Positions 18,523 through 20,000 of a stretch of 20,000 bases of DNA are shown piece by piece. A program made the translations under genes and the position numbers. Source of the stretch: an uncultured virus (IMG/VR IMGVR_UViG_3300011114_001057). Lineage: Duplodnaviria; Heunggongvirae; Uroviricota; Caudoviricetes. The stretch lies in the IMG/VR virus record IMGVR_UViG_3300011114_001057. One strand, written 5' to 3'. Position 1 is the first letter of the stretch. Every line of letters starts with the position of its first letter. The notes beneath the pieces are model-generated. The model had not been told where the DNA came from and made no database searches. It worked only from the letters and a program-made list of their open reading frames with translations.

Positions 18523-18980
18523 TGCTTACCTTTAATCAATACTGCCTGCTTGAGAGCAAGAAACAAAAGGCTAATCCCAAAAACTATAAAGCTCCTGAAG
18601 GAAGTGCTAGAGATAAGAAACTAGATAAGGCAAAAGAACTAATTAAATCTGGCAATAAAGACGAGGCATATCGACTTAGGGATGAGATGGAGAAGGCTGA
18701 ACGTGAAAAAGCTGACTTTAAAAATACTCCACGTAAGGACTCTAAAGTCAATGAAGCTAAATCTCGCACGTTAAGTAAAGAGACGCTGGCTAAGATTAGA
18801 AAGGTTGCAACTAAGAAAGGATATTCGTTTGCTGACCTAAAGCGTGAATATATCAAAGGCTTAGGTGCATTCTATTCTTCAGGCTCCAGACCAGGAATGA
18901 CTTCTCATCAGTGGGCAATGGCTAGAGTAAACTCAGCAGGTCCAAGTAAATCTTGGGCAAATGTTAAAAAAGTAAAATAA
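18519..18980 (+). CDS. Two-domain basic putative internal head protein with a DUF5824-like C-terminal domain (153 aa)
   Basis: The N-terminus is MMLTFNQYCLLE, with an internal VNE at aa 77-79. The C-terminal LKREYIKGLGAFYSSGSRPGMTSHQWAMARVNS matches the G..A....G.RPG....QW..ARV.S viral motif that I recall as DUF5824. ATGA overlap with the upstream gene. Confidence 0.6.
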   Translation: MMLTFNQYCLLESKKQKANPKNYKAPEGSARDKKLDKAKELIKSGNKDEAYRLRDEMEKAEREKADFKNTPRKDSKVNEAKSRTLSKETLAKIRKVATKKGYSFADLKREYIKGLGAFYSSGSRPGMTSHQWAMARVNSAGPSKSWANVKKVK

Positions 18981-18983
18981 AAT

Positions 18984-19532
18984 ATGCTACTTAACGTAAG
19001 ACAAAATGGATTTCTATTTTCGTTTCCGCCAGATTTTTTTGCACCTGAAATAAAAGAAAAATATAAACCTTATTTTCAAAGTCTAATCTTACCGTATGAT
19101 ACAATTGAAGACTTTATGTCCTCAACCATACAATCAATCAATTGGCCAGGCTGGACTATGCAGACCGTTCCTCAGACTCGTATATTAGGTAAGCAGCAAG
19201 AATACAAAAGCTCAAAACAGGTAATAGACCAGTTTGTTAGAGAATTTACAATAACCTTTAAGATGACTGACGCTTATCTAAACTATTTTATCTTTTTAGA
19301 AAACGGTTTAAAATACCTTGATTTTCAGAATAAAGCTAGAACGTTTTCACCGATGCGACTTTCTTTACTAGATAATGAAGGCTATTTAGTATCTTCAATA
19401 ATCTACAAGGAACCTATCCTAGTCTCACAAGACGGTTTTAATCTTTCGTACAGCTCGTCTACTCCTGATTTTAAGACCTTTACTGCAAAGTTTTCATACT
19501 TTACTTTTGATATTGAATTAGATTTTAATTAG
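18984..19532 (+). CDS. Tail-tube-fold protein, T4 gp3-like tail completion/tube terminator (182 aa)
   Basis: The pattern IQSINWPG...FTITFKMTDAYLNY...LSLLDNEG...IIYKEP..S...LSY....FTAKFSYFTFDI and the size are typical of the gp3/gp19 tube fold. Confidence 0.6.
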   Translation: MLLNVRQNGFLFSFPPDFFAPEIKEKYKPYFQSLILPYDTIEDFMSSTIQSINWPGWTMQTVPQTRILGKQQEYKSSKQVIDQFVREFTITFKMTDAYLNYFIFLENGLKYLDFQNKARTFSPMRLSLLDNEGYLVSSIIYKEPILVSQDGFNLSYSSSTPDFKTFTAKFSYFTFDIELDFN

Positions 19533-19545
19533 TAGATATAATAAC

Positions 19546-20000
19546 TTATATAGATCTAAAGTAATTTATGAATTTAGTTATATCGTCTGACCACATCAAC
19601 ATAGCATTATCCCTTATCTTCTGTTCATCCCAATCCCACCAAGCAATACTTTGTAGACTTTCTATCTGATCATCAGTAAATCTTTGCTTAACTTGTTTAG
19701 CGGGGTTTCCAGCAACTATTGTAAAAGGCAACACATCTTTTGTCACTACTGAACCTGCAGCAACAATAGACCCGTTACATATTCTAACGCCAGACATTAT
19801 AGTTGAATTAGCACCAATCCAAACATCATTCTCAATTACGATATCCCCTTTACATGTAGGGTGACCCATTGCCATATGCATATCAGCAATCTCACCAGTA
19901 ACCGGCCCTAAGAGCTGAGAAGAAGTTGTTATCCAATCTGGTCGATGGTTAGCATGTAGGAAGAAATTACAATCTCTACCTATTGAATTATATTTACCTA
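19546..20000 (-). CDS. CatB/Vat-related hexapeptide-repeat O-acetyltransferase (5'-truncated by the window)
   Basis: The frame stays open to the window end: GKYNSIGRDCNFFLHANHRPDWITTSSQL...KGDIVIENDVWIGANSTIMSGVRICNGSIVAAGSVVTKDVLPFTIVAGNPAKQVKQRF...WWDW. This has the left-handed beta-helix repeats, the NH catalytic His and the C-terminal WWDW of xenobiotic acyltransferases. The ATG at 19881 is therefore internal. Confidence 0.9.
   Translation of the reverse strand, partial: GKYNSIGRDCNFFLHANHRPDWITTSSQLLGPVTGEIADMHMAMGHPTCKGDIVIENDVWIGANSTIMSGVRICNGSIVAAGSVVTKDVLPFTIVAGNPAKQVKQRFTDDQIESLQSIAWWDWDEQKIRDNAMLMWSDDITKFINYFRSI

Noticed and set aside
15024..18856. Shadow ORFs 15024..15209, 15368..15661, 15981..16163, 17968..18165, 18180..18566 and 18584..18856 (-), and the alternate-frame ORF 18068..18346 (+)
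   Set aside because: They overlap better-supported genes with recognisable motifs and have no independent support.
19530..19541. The only TAG stop among the called genes is followed by TAG ATA TAA, raising possible TAG recoding as in Lak megaphages
   Set aside because: All long structural ORFs are intact under code 11 with no in-frame TAG or TGA interruptions, so there is no evidence of recoding.
1..20000. CRISPR arrays, tRNAs, structured ncRNAs, introns/inteins, intrinsic terminators
   Set aside because: Intergenic gaps are at most 82 bp, and by eye I found no spaced direct repeats, cloverleafs, GC hairpin + U-tract or intein/homing endonuclease motifs.

Overview
An AT-rich, gene-dense segment (standard code 11, almost all stops TAA) that reads as the virion-morphogenesis region of a large, T4-like contractile-tailed (jumbo/huge) bacteriophage. 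On the + strand it carries a 5'-truncated ORF, two very large putative baseplate/structural proteins (1197 and 1743 aa) and a collagen + LVIVD-propeller tail-fibre-like protein. A lone antisense hypothetical gene follows. The + strand then continues with an enlarged gp14-like neck protein, a gp15-like tail terminator, a cassette of five small genes and a gp3-like tail-tube-fold protein. The window ends in a truncated, convergent CatB/Vat-type hexapeptide acetyltransferase. The most interesting signal is the five-gene cassette at 16353-18980. Four of its proteins start with a peptide resembling the T4 internal-protein capsid targeting sequence (MKTYQEFIAE), and three have an internal [LV]NE site at an apparent domain junction. 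This suggests head-packaged, prohead-protease-processed cargo proteins, including an alpha/beta hydrolase and a HiPIP-like Cys cluster. All family assignments come from recognising motifs by eye; no searches were run.
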